In this document: piece after piece, positions 40,286 through 50,497 of the stretch | How positions within the stretch are numbered: the stretch's first letter is position 1 | Layout of the letters: every line of letters begins with the position of its first letter | Assembly (NCBI GenBank): GCA_003213495.1 | Contig: QCMW01000001.1 | Location: 810,181-874,180 of the forward strand | DNA length: 64,000 nucleotides | Direction: 5' to 3' | Source of the DNA: SAR86 cluster bacterium AG-422-O05 | GTDB lineage: Bacteria; Pseudomonadota; Gammaproteobacteria; Magnimaribacterales; D2472 | The notes under the pieces: model-generated | Seen by the model: the letters and a program-made list of their open reading frames with translations, nothing else | Databases searched by the model: none | What the model was told of the DNA's origin: nothing | Program-made: the position numbers and the translations under genes

Positions 40286-40909
40286 ATGAGTGAGTCTCTG
40301 GAATATTCCAGTATTCAACCAAAGCTCCCTATTATTCTTGCATCAGGATCAGAAAGCAGGAAACAAATGCTCCAAGAGGCAGGAATAATTTTTGAAGTAA
40401 TAGTATCTGAGGCAGATGAAGACCAAATTAAATCTGAGATCAGCTCATTACCTTTTGAAGTACAAGTAATTCATTTAGCAAAGGCAAAAGCTTCTTCAGT
40501 GAGCAAAATGCATCCTAGTAAAATTGTTATTGGTGGAGATCAGATGTGCGTTCTAGGCGATAGCCTGCTACATAAACCAGGATCTAAAGAGAAGGCAATT
40601 AAGAGTTTAAAACTATTGGCAAATCAAAAACACCATCAACACAGTGGAGTAAGTATTTTTAAGGATGGTGAATGTCTTTGGGAATATTCTGAAACAGTAG
40701 AATTAAAGATGCACAAACTATCCGATGCTGAAATTAAGAATTATGTAGAAATTGAAAATCCAGTCAATGCTGCCGGTTCTTATAAGTTCGAATCTCTGGG
40801 CTGTAATCTGTTCTCTTATGTAAATGGTTCATCTCATACAGTGAGAGGAATGCCATTAATTCCCTTGCTAAATGCGCTAAGGGATCTAGATGTTATTGGT
40901 TTAGAATAA
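40286..40909 (+). CDS. maf: Maf-like nucleoside triphosphate pyrophosphatase
   Basis: 'ILASGSESRKQMLQEAGI', 'GGDQ' and 'GAAGSYK'-type motifs. 207 aa. Confidence 0.8.
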   Translation: MSESLEYSSIQPKLPIILASGSESRKQMLQEAGIIFEVIVSEADEDQIKSEISSLPFEVQVIHLAKAKASSVSKMHPSKIVIGGDQMCVLGDSLLHKPGSKEKAIKSLKLLANQKHHQHSGVSIFKDGECLWEYSETVELKMHKLSDAEIKNYVEIENPVNAAGSYKFESLGCNLFSYVNGSSHTVRGMPLIPLLNALRDLDVIGLE

Positions 40910-40913
40910 ATAT

Positions 40914-42296
40914 ATGAAAAACAAAATTTCTTTCAAGATATTTAATTCTTTAAACGGCCAAAAAGAAGAATTTAATCCTTGTAATCCTGAGCACATAAAA
41001 ATTTATGCTTGTGGCCCTACAGTTTACAATTATGCGCATATTGGTAATGCTCGAATGGCGGTTGTGTTTGATACCTTTGTAAGAACTTTAAGAATTTTTT
41101 ATCCTAAAGTTACATACGTATCAAATATTACTGATATCGACGACAAAATTATAGAGGCAGCGCATGAGCAGAAAGTAGAAATTTCTTCAATCACTGAAAA
41201 ATATACAAAAATTTACAATGATGATATGGCTGAATTAAATGTTTTGATGCCTGACATACAGCCAAAAGCTACTGAATATATTCCAGAAATGATTGAATTA
41301 ATTGAGGATTTGATTTCAAAAGACTTTGCATATGAAAAAGAGGGCCATGTACTTTTTCACGTTCCTAATTATGATAATTATGGAAAACTTTCAAAAAGAA
41401 ATAGAGATGAACAGATTGCAGGCAGCAGAGTAGAGATAGCACCTTTTAAAAAAGACCCTGCTGATTTTGTTTTATGGAAACCAAGCAACAAATCACAACC
41501 AGGCTGGGATTCGCCTTGGGGAGTTGGTCGCCCAGGTTGGCATACAGAATGTTCAGCAATGTCCAAAAAGACATTGGGCCTCCCATTTGATATTCATGGC
41601 GGTGGTAGGGACTTAATTTTTCCGCATCACGAAAATGAAATAGCGCAAAGCTGCTGTTCTTCCGCAAACATTGAGGATCCTACATCTTATGCTAAATATT
41701 GGATGCATAATGGGTTTGTAACTATTAATGGTGAAAAAATGTCTAAATCGCTAGGCAACATAATACTTGTTAATGAGTTAACAAAATCTCACCATGGTGA
41801 AGTAATTAGACTGGCTCTATTATCATCGCATTATAGACAGGGCTTAGATTGGAACGAAAAAATAATTCATCAAGCAAATATTCTTCTAGATAAATTATAT
41901 GAAATTAAATTTTTATTAGACGACGAAGTTGTAGGTGATACATCTAAAGCAAACTTAGACATAATTGCTAATTTAGCTGATGATTTAAATACACCTGGAC
42001 TGATAGCAGAACTGCATAAACTAGTTAAAGATTTTAAGGCTTCAAACTCTAATAAATCAGAGATTAAAATACATTTAAATTTAATTTCACAAGCTTTAGG
42101 AATCTTACAAGATGATTCTTACAAAAAAATATCTGAGGAATTAGAATCAAAAATACATGCATTAATATTAAAAAGAAAACTAGCAAAAGATAACAGGGAT
42201 TATGATTTAGCAGATAAAATTCGAAACGAACTTTTGGATTTAGGTGTTGAAATCAAAGACACTAGTAGCGGTACTGATTGGAATTTGAAATCATGA
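40914..42296 (+). CDS. cysS: Cysteine--tRNA ligase
   Basis: 'HIGNAR' (HIGH) and 'KMSKS' class I motifs, plus 'GWHTECSAM'. 460 aa. Confidence 0.95.
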   Translation: MKNKISFKIFNSLNGQKEEFNPCNPEHIKIYACGPTVYNYAHIGNARMAVVFDTFVRTLRIFYPKVTYVSNITDIDDKIIEAAHEQKVEISSITEKYTKIYNDDMAELNVLMPDIQPKATEYIPEMIELIEDLISKDFAYEKEGHVLFHVPNYDNYGKLSKRNRDEQIAGSRVEIAPFKKDPADFVLWKPSNKSQPGWDSPWGVGRPGWHTECSAMSKKTLGLPFDIHGGGRDLIFPHHENEIAQSCCSSANIEDPTSYAKYWMHNGFVTINGEKMSKSLGNIILVNELTKSHHGEVIRLALLSSHYRQGLDWNEKIIHQANILLDKLYEIKFLLDDEVVGDTSKANLDIIANLADDLNTPGLIAELHKLVKDFKASNSNKSEIKIHLNLISQALGILQDDSYKKISEELESKIHALILKRKLAKDNRDYDLADKIRNELLDLGVEIKDTSSGTDWNLKS

Positions 42297-42892
42297 CTAA
42301 AGCATTTGAAATTGAGTTACCGGATTCTTATTCTGAACTCACAGAAACTTTAGATGCAGCAAATAAGATCTTAACGACTGCTGTAGATGATGCCAGAACT
42401 CTTTTTCATACTCCTGTAGTTTCTTCATATGATGGAAAAACAATTTCTTCAAGAGTGATGGTCTTAAGAGAATTTAATTTAGAAAATAGAAAAATGAGGT
42501 TTCATACTGACCAAAGAGCAACAAAAATTAATGAATTTTCATCCATCTCATCAGCAACAATCATAGGCTATGATCCAAATCTTAAAATTCAAATTAAGCT
42601 TCAAGGAACAGTCATAACTCATCATGATGATGAAGTTACAAAAGATGCGTGGAATGAGTCAACGTCAAGATCAAAAAAATGCTACTCAGTAAAAGGAGGA
42701 TCATCTAAAGTAATCGATGATCCGGCTAGCTATGATATTAAAGAATTCAATGTTGAGTATGGATACCAAAACTTTGCTGTCCTAGTATTTACCTTTGATA
42801 CTTTAGAATTTTTATTCCTAAAAAGCACTGGACACAGAAGAGCTATTCATAAATGGAACAAAGATTTGAAGTCTTCTTGGCTAGTTCCATAG
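42293..42892 (+). CDS. Pyridoxamine-5'-phosphate-oxidase-like (split-barrel) protein; tentative
   Basis: The likely start is the ATG at 42293 (ATGA overlap with cysS). 'VMVLREFNLENRKMRFHTDQRATK' resembles PNPOx-fold proteins. Confidence 0.4.
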   Translation: MTKAFEIELPDSYSELTETLDAANKILTTAVDDARTLFHTPVVSSYDGKTISSRVMVLREFNLENRKMRFHTDQRATKINEFSSISSATIIGYDPNLKIQIKLQGTVITHHDDEVTKDAWNESTSRSKKCYSVKGGSSKVIDDPASYDIKEFNVEYGYQNFAVLVFTFDTLEFLFLKSTGHRRAIHKWNKDLKSSWLVP

Positions 42893-42992
42893 TATCTTAA
42901 ATATAAATATTTTTTTATATGCTAATTGATTATTTTTAGTGTAGTGTGTTTATGTTAGAAATAATTTTTTACATATTTATGAGGAGAAAATA

Positions 42993-43478
42993 ATGAAAAA
43001 TTTAATGATAGCAAGTTTGTTCTTTGTTGCTAGCTTATCTTTTGCAGATGGACACACAGATTCTGAAAAAGACGTACTTGAGGCAGTTTCAGCATATTTC
43101 GATGCAAGAAATGATCAAGACTGGAAAGAAGCTGTTAAATATGAGAGCAAGGGCGGCACTTATAATACGAACTCAGACGGAAGTTTTCACAAACCTTTAA
43201 TTAAACAGACTGCTGCTAGTTGGGCAGCTTCTAATCAAGGCGGCACTTTGAATATCTATTATCCTGAGGCAATCCAGTTATCAGATGATGTTGTTTTTGT
43301 AAGATTTTATTATGAGGGAATGACTGAAGTGAATGGTGAAACAAGTCCATATAGAACTAGAGTCACCATGAATTGGGTTAAAGAGGGTGGAAATTGGTTT
43401 GTAAAGACTCAACACTACTCACCAGCTTCATATGGCGGCGTCCATGTTCCTCAAGCAAGTGATTTTAGTGATGAATAA
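42993..43478 (+). CDS. Secreted NTF2/SnoaL-like protein; tentative
   Basis: Signal peptide 'MKNLMIASLFFVASLSFA'. 'AVSAYFDARNDQDWKEAVKY...GNWFVKTQHYS' has an NTF2-like layout. Confidence 0.4.
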   Translation: MKNLMIASLFFVASLSFADGHTDSEKDVLEAVSAYFDARNDQDWKEAVKYESKGGTYNTNSDGSFHKPLIKQTAASWAASNQGGTLNIYYPEAIQLSDDVVFVRFYYEGMTEVNGETSPYRTRVTMNWVKEGGNWFVKTQHYSPASYGGVHVPQASDFSDE

Positions 43479-43499
43479 TTTTTGTATTTCTAAATAAAT

Positions 43500-43525
43500 A
43501 AAAGCTGGCATTGTCCAGCTTTTTT
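43500..43525 (+). terminator. Rho-independent terminator
   Basis: AAAAGCTGG-CATTGT-CCAGCTTTT hairpin running into a T tract. Confidence 0.6.
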
Positions 43526-43554
43526 GAATATAAATAATTGATGTTGTCTGTTTC

Positions 43555-45408
43555 ATGAAGGTAAATGTTTTGTTAAAAAAGTATTTTTCAATATCTCTTT
43601 GTGTAGGAATTATCTTTCTATCAAGTTTTTTTGCTTCAATAATTCAAACTAGTTTTGGTTCTGTAGATATTGAACTTAAAGAACTTAAAACAAGTGATGG
43701 TCAAACATTGATTTATGATCTGTATAAACCAAAACTAGCAAGTAGTTCTAACAAAGTTCCGTTTGTAGTTGTAGTTCCAGGCTTTCAAAGATCTAAAGAA
43801 GCTCTGTCTAACATAGCTATTGAGCTCTCAAGAAGAGGCTTTGCAATAGCGTTGATTGATCCCTACGCTCAAGGCATGTCTTCATCGTCAACAAGCAGAT
43901 TAGCAGCAACAACCCAAGGGTACGGGATGTTTGCACTTGTAGATTATGTATATGAAGGAAATTTTACATTTGTTGATATAAATAAAATTGGATCTACTGG
44001 ACATTCTATGGGCGGCAACGCTGCCATAAGAGGTGCGGATTATTTTGGTAAAGAAGCAATTCGGTCTAAAACAAAAAGTAAATTAGATTCGGTTTATGTC
44101 TCGGGTTATGTTTTAACTTTAAGGGACAACATTTTAAAAGATTCTAAATCAAATATGGGTATTAGTTATGCTTTATATGATGAAGGATCTTTCAGAAATG
44201 AACTTAAAGGCTGGGATGCTGCAAACATGGAGATTGCGCCAGAGTCATTAAGGGCGGTCAACAATGCTTTACCCAAAGAAAATCAAATTGATAGAGTTGA
44301 ACTTGGAAAATACTATGGGAGCAAAGAAGAGAAAAACTTAAGAGTAGTTTTTAATGAGAAACTTCTTCATCCTTTTCAACCATATAACAAAGAGGCTACT
44401 GCAAATCAGATTAATTATTTTGAGAAAGTATTTGGATTTCCAGATGAACTTAATGCATATAATCAGATTTGGCAATTTAAAGAACTATTCACATTAATTA
44501 ATATGGTGGTTTCTTTGCTAATGCTAATACCATTAACCAAGGTTTTACTTCAACTGAACTTTTTTAAAGAAATAATTAAACCTATTCCTGCAGCGCTGCC
44601 AAGACAATCCAATAAAAGCAGACTTATATTTTGGATAATATTCTTTTTAAGCGCATCAATAGCTTGCCTAACATTTATACCAATGGTCGATATTGCTAAA
44701 GTGTTGTTTGCTGATGCTGCAAATAGAGAATTAACTTGGTTCTTTCCGCAGAGAATGAATAACTCAGTCATGTTATGGGCAGCTTTTAATGGAACAATTG
44801 GGATAATAATTTTTCTATTATCTTTTCATCTATTTGGAAAACATCATGGTGTGAAAACTAACTCTTGGGGTCTTCAAATCTCAAAGACTGAATTACTAAA
44901 AACGTTTCTCTTGGGAATAGCAGTTTTTATCCTTTACTATTTCGTACTCTTTTTAAATTATTATATATTTCATATTGATTATAGATTTTGGTTTATGGGA
45001 GTAAGAGTATTTCAGCCTGAGATGTTGTTAGTACTCTTAATGTATTTTCCTTTATTTTTTATTTTTTTCTTCTCAAACTCCTTAAGAGTTAATGGGTCGA
45101 TGAGATTTAAAGATCAATCTGAGTGGCAATCAAGATTAATTGCTGGTTTTGCTAACTCTTTAGGTTTAATGATGATAATAGTAATTCAATATGTAACATA
45201 TGCTTCAACCGGAACAGTATTTTGGACAACTAATTGGCTCAGCGTTAATTTATTGTTTGGGATAGTACCGATGATGTTTATTCTGCCGTATTTTAATAGA
45301 ATTTTTTTTCAATTGACTGGAAGAATCTATTTAGGACCAATAGTTACTTGCTTAATTTTCATAATGATCCTATCAACAAACACAGTCATCTATTTACCAA
45401 TTAAATAG
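43555..45408 (+). CDS. Alpha/beta-hydrolase domain fused to a polytopic membrane domain
   Basis: N-terminal TM segment, a hydrolase region with the nucleophile elbow 'GHSMGG', then about 8-9 hydrophobic segments in the C-terminal 300 aa. Confidence 0.55.
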   Translation: MKVNVLLKKYFSISLCVGIIFLSSFFASIIQTSFGSVDIELKELKTSDGQTLIYDLYKPKLASSSNKVPFVVVVPGFQRSKEALSNIAIELSRRGFAIALIDPYAQGMSSSSTSRLAATTQGYGMFALVDYVYEGNFTFVDINKIGSTGHSMGGNAAIRGADYFGKEAIRSKTKSKLDSVYVSGYVLTLRDNILKDSKSNMGISYALYDEGSFRNELKGWDAANMEIAPESLRAVNNALPKENQIDRVELGKYYGSKEEKNLRVVFNEKLLHPFQPYNKEATANQINYFEKVFGFPDELNAYNQIWQFKELFTLINMVVSLLMLIPLTKVLLQLNFFKEIIKPIPAALPRQSNKSRLIFWIIFFLSASIACLTFIPMVDIAKVLFADAANRELTWFFPQRMNNSVMLWAAFNGTIGIIIFLLSFHLFGKHHGVKTNSWGLQISKTELLKTFLLGIAVFILYYFVLFLNYYIFHIDYRFWFMGVRVFQPEMLLVLLMYFPLFFIFFFSNSLRVNGSMRFKDQSEWQSRLIAGFANSLGLMMIIVIQYVTYASTGTVFWTTNWLSVNLLFGIVPMMFILPYFNRIFFQLTGRIYLGPIVTCLIFIMILSTNTVIYLPIK

Positions 45409-45440
45409 AGTTATTAAAAATTGCTTAACCAATCTATAAT

Positions 45441-47372
45441 ATGCGCATGAAACTTACACTGCCTGATAAGAGTATAAGAGAATTACCGGAGGGATCTTCT
45501 GGGTATGACCTTGCAAAAGATATTGGATCAGGTTTGGCAAAAGCTGCCATAGCTTTAAGTGTTGATGGAAAACAACAAGATCTTCACGATGTTATCCATG
45601 ATGATTGCTCTGTTTCAGTTATCACTATTGAATCTCAAGAAGGTCTAGAAATAATGCGACACACTCTTGCTGCCCAAGTGCTTGCTAGAGCAATAAAAAA
45701 TTTATATCCAGATTCGAAACTTGCTATCGGACCTACTATTGATAATGGTTTTTACTATGATGTTGAGTGCTCTGAGACAATTTCTATTGATGATTTAGAA
45801 AAAATAGAAAAGGAAATGCATAATATTGTTAAATCTAAATCAACTATAACTAAAAAGCTTTCATCAAAATCAGATGCTCTGAATGTTTTTAAATCTCTAG
45901 GCGAGTCATACAAACAAGATATTATTAATGATTCTGAGCAAGAAAATGATTTTCAGCTTTATTATCAAGATAACGACAAGTTTGTTGATTTATGTAGAGG
46001 ACCTCATTTACCAAATTTAAGTTTTATTGGTGCATTTAAGCTTACAAAAGTATCTGGAGCTTATTGGAAAGGTGACTCTAATAATAAAATGCTTACTAGA
46101 ATATACGGAACTGCATGGAATACCGAAAAAGAATTAAATAAATATTTACATGAATTAGAAGAGGCCGAGAAAAGAGATCACAGAAAAATTGGAAAAGAAA
46201 TGGATTTATTTCATTTTCAAGATGAAGCTCCTGGAATGGTATTCTGGCATTCTGATGGATGGACCATATACAGAAATTTAAGAAATTTTGTTAGATCAAG
46301 ATTACAAGAAAGTGGCTACATAGAAGTAAATACTCCTCAAGTTATAGACAGAAAGTTGTGGGAAGCTTCAGGCCATTGGGATAAATATCGTGAGAATATG
46401 TTTATCACTGAAATTGATGAGGAGCACGCAAATGAGAAAAGAGTGAATGCTCTAAAGCCTATGAATTGTCCTGGCCATGTTCAAATTTACAACCAAGGGA
46501 TAAAATCATACAAAGACTTACCATTGAAGTATGCCGAATTTGGTCTTTGTCACAGATATGAACGCTCTGGAACTATGCATGGTTTAATGAGAGTTCGAGC
46601 ATTCACACAAGATGACGGCCATATTTTTTGTACCGAGAATCAAATTGAGTCTGAAACAGGCCTATTCATTGAATTTTTATCCAGTCTATACTCAGATTTA
46701 GGTTTTAAAGAATTTGATATTAAATTATCTACTAGACCAGAAATGAGGGTTGGTTCAGATGAAATTTGGGACAAGGCAGAAGCAGCTTTAGAGTCGGCCA
46801 TAAAAAACTTAGGCTATCCATATAGAATTGATGAAGGTGATGGAGCATTTTATGGTCCCAAACTTGATTTTGTCCTTACTGATGCAATTGGAAGAGATTG
46901 GCAATGTGGAACTTTTCAACTGGATTTTAATTTGGCAGAAAGGCTGGATGCTCAATACGTTGGAGAGGATGGTAATAAGCATTATCCGGTAATGATCCAC
47001 AGAGCAGTTTTAGGTTCTTTTGAGAGATTTATAGGTATTCTAATTGAAAATTATGCAGGGAAACTTCCTTTCTGGCTGGCTCCCAAACAGGTTGTTGTTG
47101 CTTCCATAGTATCAGATGTGAATGATTATGCTGAAGAAATAGCAAATAGGTTAAAAAAACAAGGCATACGTGCTGAAGTTGATCTAAGAAATGAAAAAAT
47201 TGGCTATAAAGTTAGAGAGCATAGTACAAGAAAAGTACCTTTCATATTTGCCATTGGAAACAACGAAAAAGCTGAAAAAAGTGTATCTATCAGACAAATT
47301 GGAAGCACAGAAACTAGTTCAATGTCTTTAGATGAGGGAATCGACTATATTTGCGGTCAGAATAAAGTATGA
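45441..47372 (+). CDS. thrS: Threonine--tRNA ligase
   Basis: TGS domain start, 'RGPHLP', 'RDHRKIG', 'MNCPGH', 'FTQDDGHIF' and '[17 protein letters not shown]'. 643 aa. Confidence 0.95.
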   Translation: MRMKLTLPDKSIRELPEGSSGYDLAKDIGSGLAKAAIALSVDGKQQDLHDVIHDDCSVSVITIESQEGLEIMRHTLAAQVLARAIKNLYPDSKLAIGPTIDNGFYYDVECSETISIDDLEKIEKEMHNIVKSKSTITKKLSSKSDALNVFKSLGESYKQDIINDSEQENDFQLYYQDNDKFVDLCRGPHLPNLSFIGAFKLTKVSGAYWKGDSNNKMLTRIYGTAWNTEKELNKYLHELEEAEKRDHRKIGKEMDLFHFQDEAPGMVFWHSDGWTIYRNLRNFVRSRLQESGYIEVNTPQVIDRKLWEASGHWDKYRENMFITEIDEEHANEKRVNALKPMNCPGHVQIYNQGIKSYKDLPLKYAEFGLCHRYERSGTMHGLMRVRAFTQDDGHIFCTENQIESETGLFIEFLSSLYSDLGFKEFDIKLSTRPEMRVGSDEIWDKAEAALESAIKNLGYPYRIDEGDGAFYGPKLDFVLTDAIGRDWQCGTFQLDFNLAERLDAQYVGEDGNKHYPVMIHRAVLGSFERFIGILIENYAGKLPFWLAPKQVVVASIVSDVNDYAEEIANRLKKQGIRAEVDLRNEKIGYKVREHSTRKVPFIFAIGNNEKAEKSVSIRQIGSTETSSMSLDEGIDYICGQNKV

Positions 47373-47572
47373 AAATGCTTGCAAAGATTTTTATTTTACC
47401 TATTCGATTTTATAGATACTTTATTTCACCACTTTTTCCTCCATCATGCAGGTTTACACCAACATGTTCACAATATGCAATTGAGGTAATTTTGGAGAAA
47501 GGGATAATTAAAGGAACCTATCTAAGTATTATAAGAATATCTAAGTGTCATCCTTGGCATGTTGAGAGATAA
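47369..47572 (+). CDS. yidD: Membrane protein insertion efficiency factor YidD
   Basis: '[27 protein letters not shown]...G..L...RI.KCHPW'. 67 aa. ATGA overlap with thrS. Confidence 0.8.
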   Translation: MKMLAKIFILPIRFYRYFISPLFPPSCRFTPTCSQYAIEVILEKGIIKGTYLSIIRISKCHPWHVER

Positions 47573-47698
47573 TTAATCTTATTTCATAATATAAATTTTA
47601 AGTATATTAAATATATATTTTTTTTGTAGATACTCTCTATAAGTGATATAGTTTTGCATACACAAGTTCAATAAATCCATATTTAGGGGGGGGTTAAT

Positions 47699-50404
47699 AT
47701 GAACAATTTTTTAAAGCTAACATTTAGTCTATGTGCATGCTTTTCATTAGTTTTTTCTTTAGATTTGGTTTCTCAAGAAATCGAAGAAGTTGTAGTTACA
47801 GCTACTAAGAAAGAAGAATCTATTCAAGATCTAGCAATTTCAGTAGAAGCTTTTTCAGCAAGCGATATAGATAATAATATGGTTGAAGATTTCAGTGACC
47901 TTGCTGAAGTTGTTCCAGGACTGATTATCGATAAGGCTATAGGATCAGGCGCTTCATATTCAATGAGGGGTGTAGGTTCTTATGGCGTAGGGGCTGCTGT
48001 TGTTGGCTCTCTTGTTGTAAACATGAATGGACATGAATATGGTTCATCTGCACTTGCAGAGATAGGCTTTCATGACCTAGAGAGAATTGAGGTGCTTAAA
48101 GGTCCTCAGGGAACTCTTTCTGGTCGAAATGCTGTTCAAGGTCTTGTAAACATAGTTTCAGCTAGACCAACATCCGAATGGGGTGGCTCATTTGATGTTG
48201 CAGCTGGTAACTATAATTCAACAAGATCTAATTTGATGTTAAACATGCCATTTTCTGACAGAATTGGAGCTAGGCTCTCTTATAGTATGTTTGAAAGAGA
48301 TGGAACCATTGAAAATGTTTACACAGGCAATGATATTGATGGTAGAGACGCATACGGCATCAGATTATCAGTAGATTTTGATATTTCAGAAACAACTAAA
48401 CTTGAGTTTACTCATGATAGATCTGAAACAGAGGATAACAGACAAAACATAGGCATTATTGTTTGTGCGCCTCATCCAGTATTTGGTTGTAGTCCTTTTG
48501 AAAGAGGAACTTTTGGTCAGTCAGCCGACACAAGAGGTAGTACTGCTTCAATATTCAACTTTATTGCTGGTTTAAATAGTACAGCTGATTACAACTCGTA
48601 TGAAGGTATTAATGCTTTAGGTTCTCTAGAAAAAGTTAATATCAATAGAGACCCTGAACATCATCAAGTATTTGAATTTACAATGCTGGAATTAAATCAT
48701 GATATTAGTGACGAGCTTCAATTGGTGGTTAAAGGAACTTATTCAACAAGAGATTATTATCACATGGGTGATAACGATTATAACGTTGCTGTAAGTCCAT
48801 TCCCTGGTCTTTTCCCTCCAGGCCATCCAGCAGCTGCAATACCAATGCAATGGACAGGTTGTTTTGGTGGTGAGGGTTATGGTTTTTGTGAAATCGTAGA
48901 TTCAGATAGAACATATGAGTTTGCTGTTGTTGAGTCTGAAACTAGACAGCTTGAGGCTACTCTTATCTCAAATCATGATGGACCTATTAATTATGTTGCT
49001 GGTCTATATCACTATGATTTCACCACAAATAATACTTATCAAGTTCAAACAGCATCATGGAACTTAATTTCAGAGGGAGCACTACATCCATATAATATTC
49101 CATTATTTGGTGGAGCATTAACAGGTTCTGGTTCAACTGACTTTTTTGTACCATGGGCTTTATCAGGATTTGATGCTACTTTATTACCAGTACTATTAAA
49201 TGGTTATGGTGCACCAACACCAATTCAAGGATTTATTAATGAAGATCATGTAAGACAAAAGTCTTTCGCAATACTTGGTGAGGTTTATATTGATTTATCT
49301 GAAGATACAATGGCTACCGTTGGAGTAAGATATAATGATGATACCGTCAAAGACAGCGTTGCTTCATGTTTGACATTCTTTAGCTGTCCCAATTATCCAT
49401 TGTCACAGAAACAATCTGGTGAATATGGATTTCATCCTACTCAAGTTGTTGAAACAGATGATGCTATTGGATATAAATTGGCTATTCAACATAACTTAGC
49501 AGACAATCAGATGGTATATGCTAGCTATACTACTGCCACAAAAGCAGGAGGTAACAATCCTAACTCAACAGGTACTCCAGATCCTTACGATCAGGAAGAA
49601 ACTGGTGTCTTAGAGATAGGAACAAAGAGTATTCTTCTTGACGGAGCAATGCTTTTTAACGCTGCTTATTTCCAAAATACTACAGACGGTATGTTAATTT
49701 CTTCTATTGTTAACGCAGGTTCTAGAAACGTTAATACTGATGCTGAAATTAATGGTTTTGAAGGTAATCTATTATTTTTCTTAAACGAAACAACTAGCAT
49801 TGATATGACATGGTTAAAAGTTGATTCTGAAATTACAGAATTAAGCCTTATTAATCCTGTAAATATCCTTAACGCTACCAGCGGTCTTGGTAATAGAGTT
49901 AACCTTGACCCATTAGGGGCATTAGCACTAACAACTACTGATAAAGGTAATGTATTTAAATCAGCAGGTTATATGTGTACTGTGCCTTTTAATCCTTTAG
50001 GTGGTGTAGATTGTCCAGAAGTTGGATTAGGTACTCCAGTTGATGTATCTGGTAACAAGCTTCCTCAGTCACCTGAGTTATCTTATAGTATTGGATTGAA
50101 TAAAGACTTTGCTACCACAAATGGCATGGTTACTTCAAGATTGGCTTTCAGATTTATGGGTGAAAGAGAAGGAACTGTTTACAATGAAGACCAAACCAGA
50201 ATTCCAGAACACAAATACTGGGATGCTTCAGTAACATATAGACCAAATAATGGTGATTGGTTCTTCAAATTAGAGGCCAAAAACCTTAATGATGATAAAT
50301 ATGTAGGTTCATGGTATTTGGCCAGCGGATTACAAGGTGGCGCAAAATTTGCGACAATTACTGATCCAAGAACTTGGAGCATCGGATTTGGTACAACTTT
50401 TTAA
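47699..50404 (+). CDS. TonB-dependent receptor
   Basis: Signal peptide, plug domain 'EEVVVTATKKEES...LERIEVLKGPQGTLSGRNA', a long beta-barrel region and a C-terminal Phe. 901 aa. Confidence 0.85.
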   Translation: MNNFLKLTFSLCACFSLVFSLDLVSQEIEEVVVTATKKEESIQDLAISVEAFSASDIDNNMVEDFSDLAEVVPGLIIDKAIGSGASYSMRGVGSYGVGAAVVGSLVVNMNGHEYGSSALAEIGFHDLERIEVLKGPQGTLSGRNAVQGLVNIVSARPTSEWGGSFDVAAGNYNSTRSNLMLNMPFSDRIGARLSYSMFERDGTIENVYTGNDIDGRDAYGIRLSVDFDISETTKLEFTHDRSETEDNRQNIGIIVCAPHPVFGCSPFERGTFGQSADTRGSTASIFNFIAGLNSTADYNSYEGINALGSLEKVNINRDPEHHQVFEFTMLELNHDISDELQLVVKGTYSTRDYYHMGDNDYNVAVSPFPGLFPPGHPAAAIPMQWTGCFGGEGYGFCEIVDSDRTYEFAVVESETRQLEATLISNHDGPINYVAGLYHYDFTTNNTYQVQTASWNLISEGALHPYNIPLFGGALTGSGSTDFFVPWALSGFDATLLPVLLNGYGAPTPIQGFINEDHVRQKSFAILGEVYIDLSEDTMATVGVRYNDDTVKDSVASCLTFFSCPNYPLSQKQSGEYGFHPTQVVETDDAIGYKLAIQHNLADNQMVYASYTTATKAGGNNPNSTGTPDPYDQEETGVLEIGTKSILLDGAMLFNAAYFQNTTDGMLISSIVNAGSRNVNTDAEINGFEGNLLFFLNETTSIDMTWLKVDSEITELSLINPVNILNATSGLGNRVNLDPLGALALTTTDKGNVFKSAGYMCTVPFNPLGGVDCPEVGLGTPVDVSGNKLPQSPELSYSIGLNKDFATTNGMVTSRLAFRFMGEREGTVYNEDQTRIPEHKYWDASVTYRPNNGDWFFKLEAKNLNDDKYVGSWYLASGLQGGAKFATITDPRTWSIGFGTTF

Positions 50405-50421
50405 TATAATTAAAAGTTACG

Positions 50422-50449
50422 AAAAGGCTGGTTAATCCAGCCTTTTTTT
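50422..50449 (+). terminator. Rho-independent terminator
   Basis: AAAAGGCTGG-TTAAT-CCAGCCTTTT followed by a T tract. Confidence 0.7.
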
Positions 50450-50497
50450 ATTAAAATCAGCAAAATATATAAAACAAACATATATGGGGGAACATTT

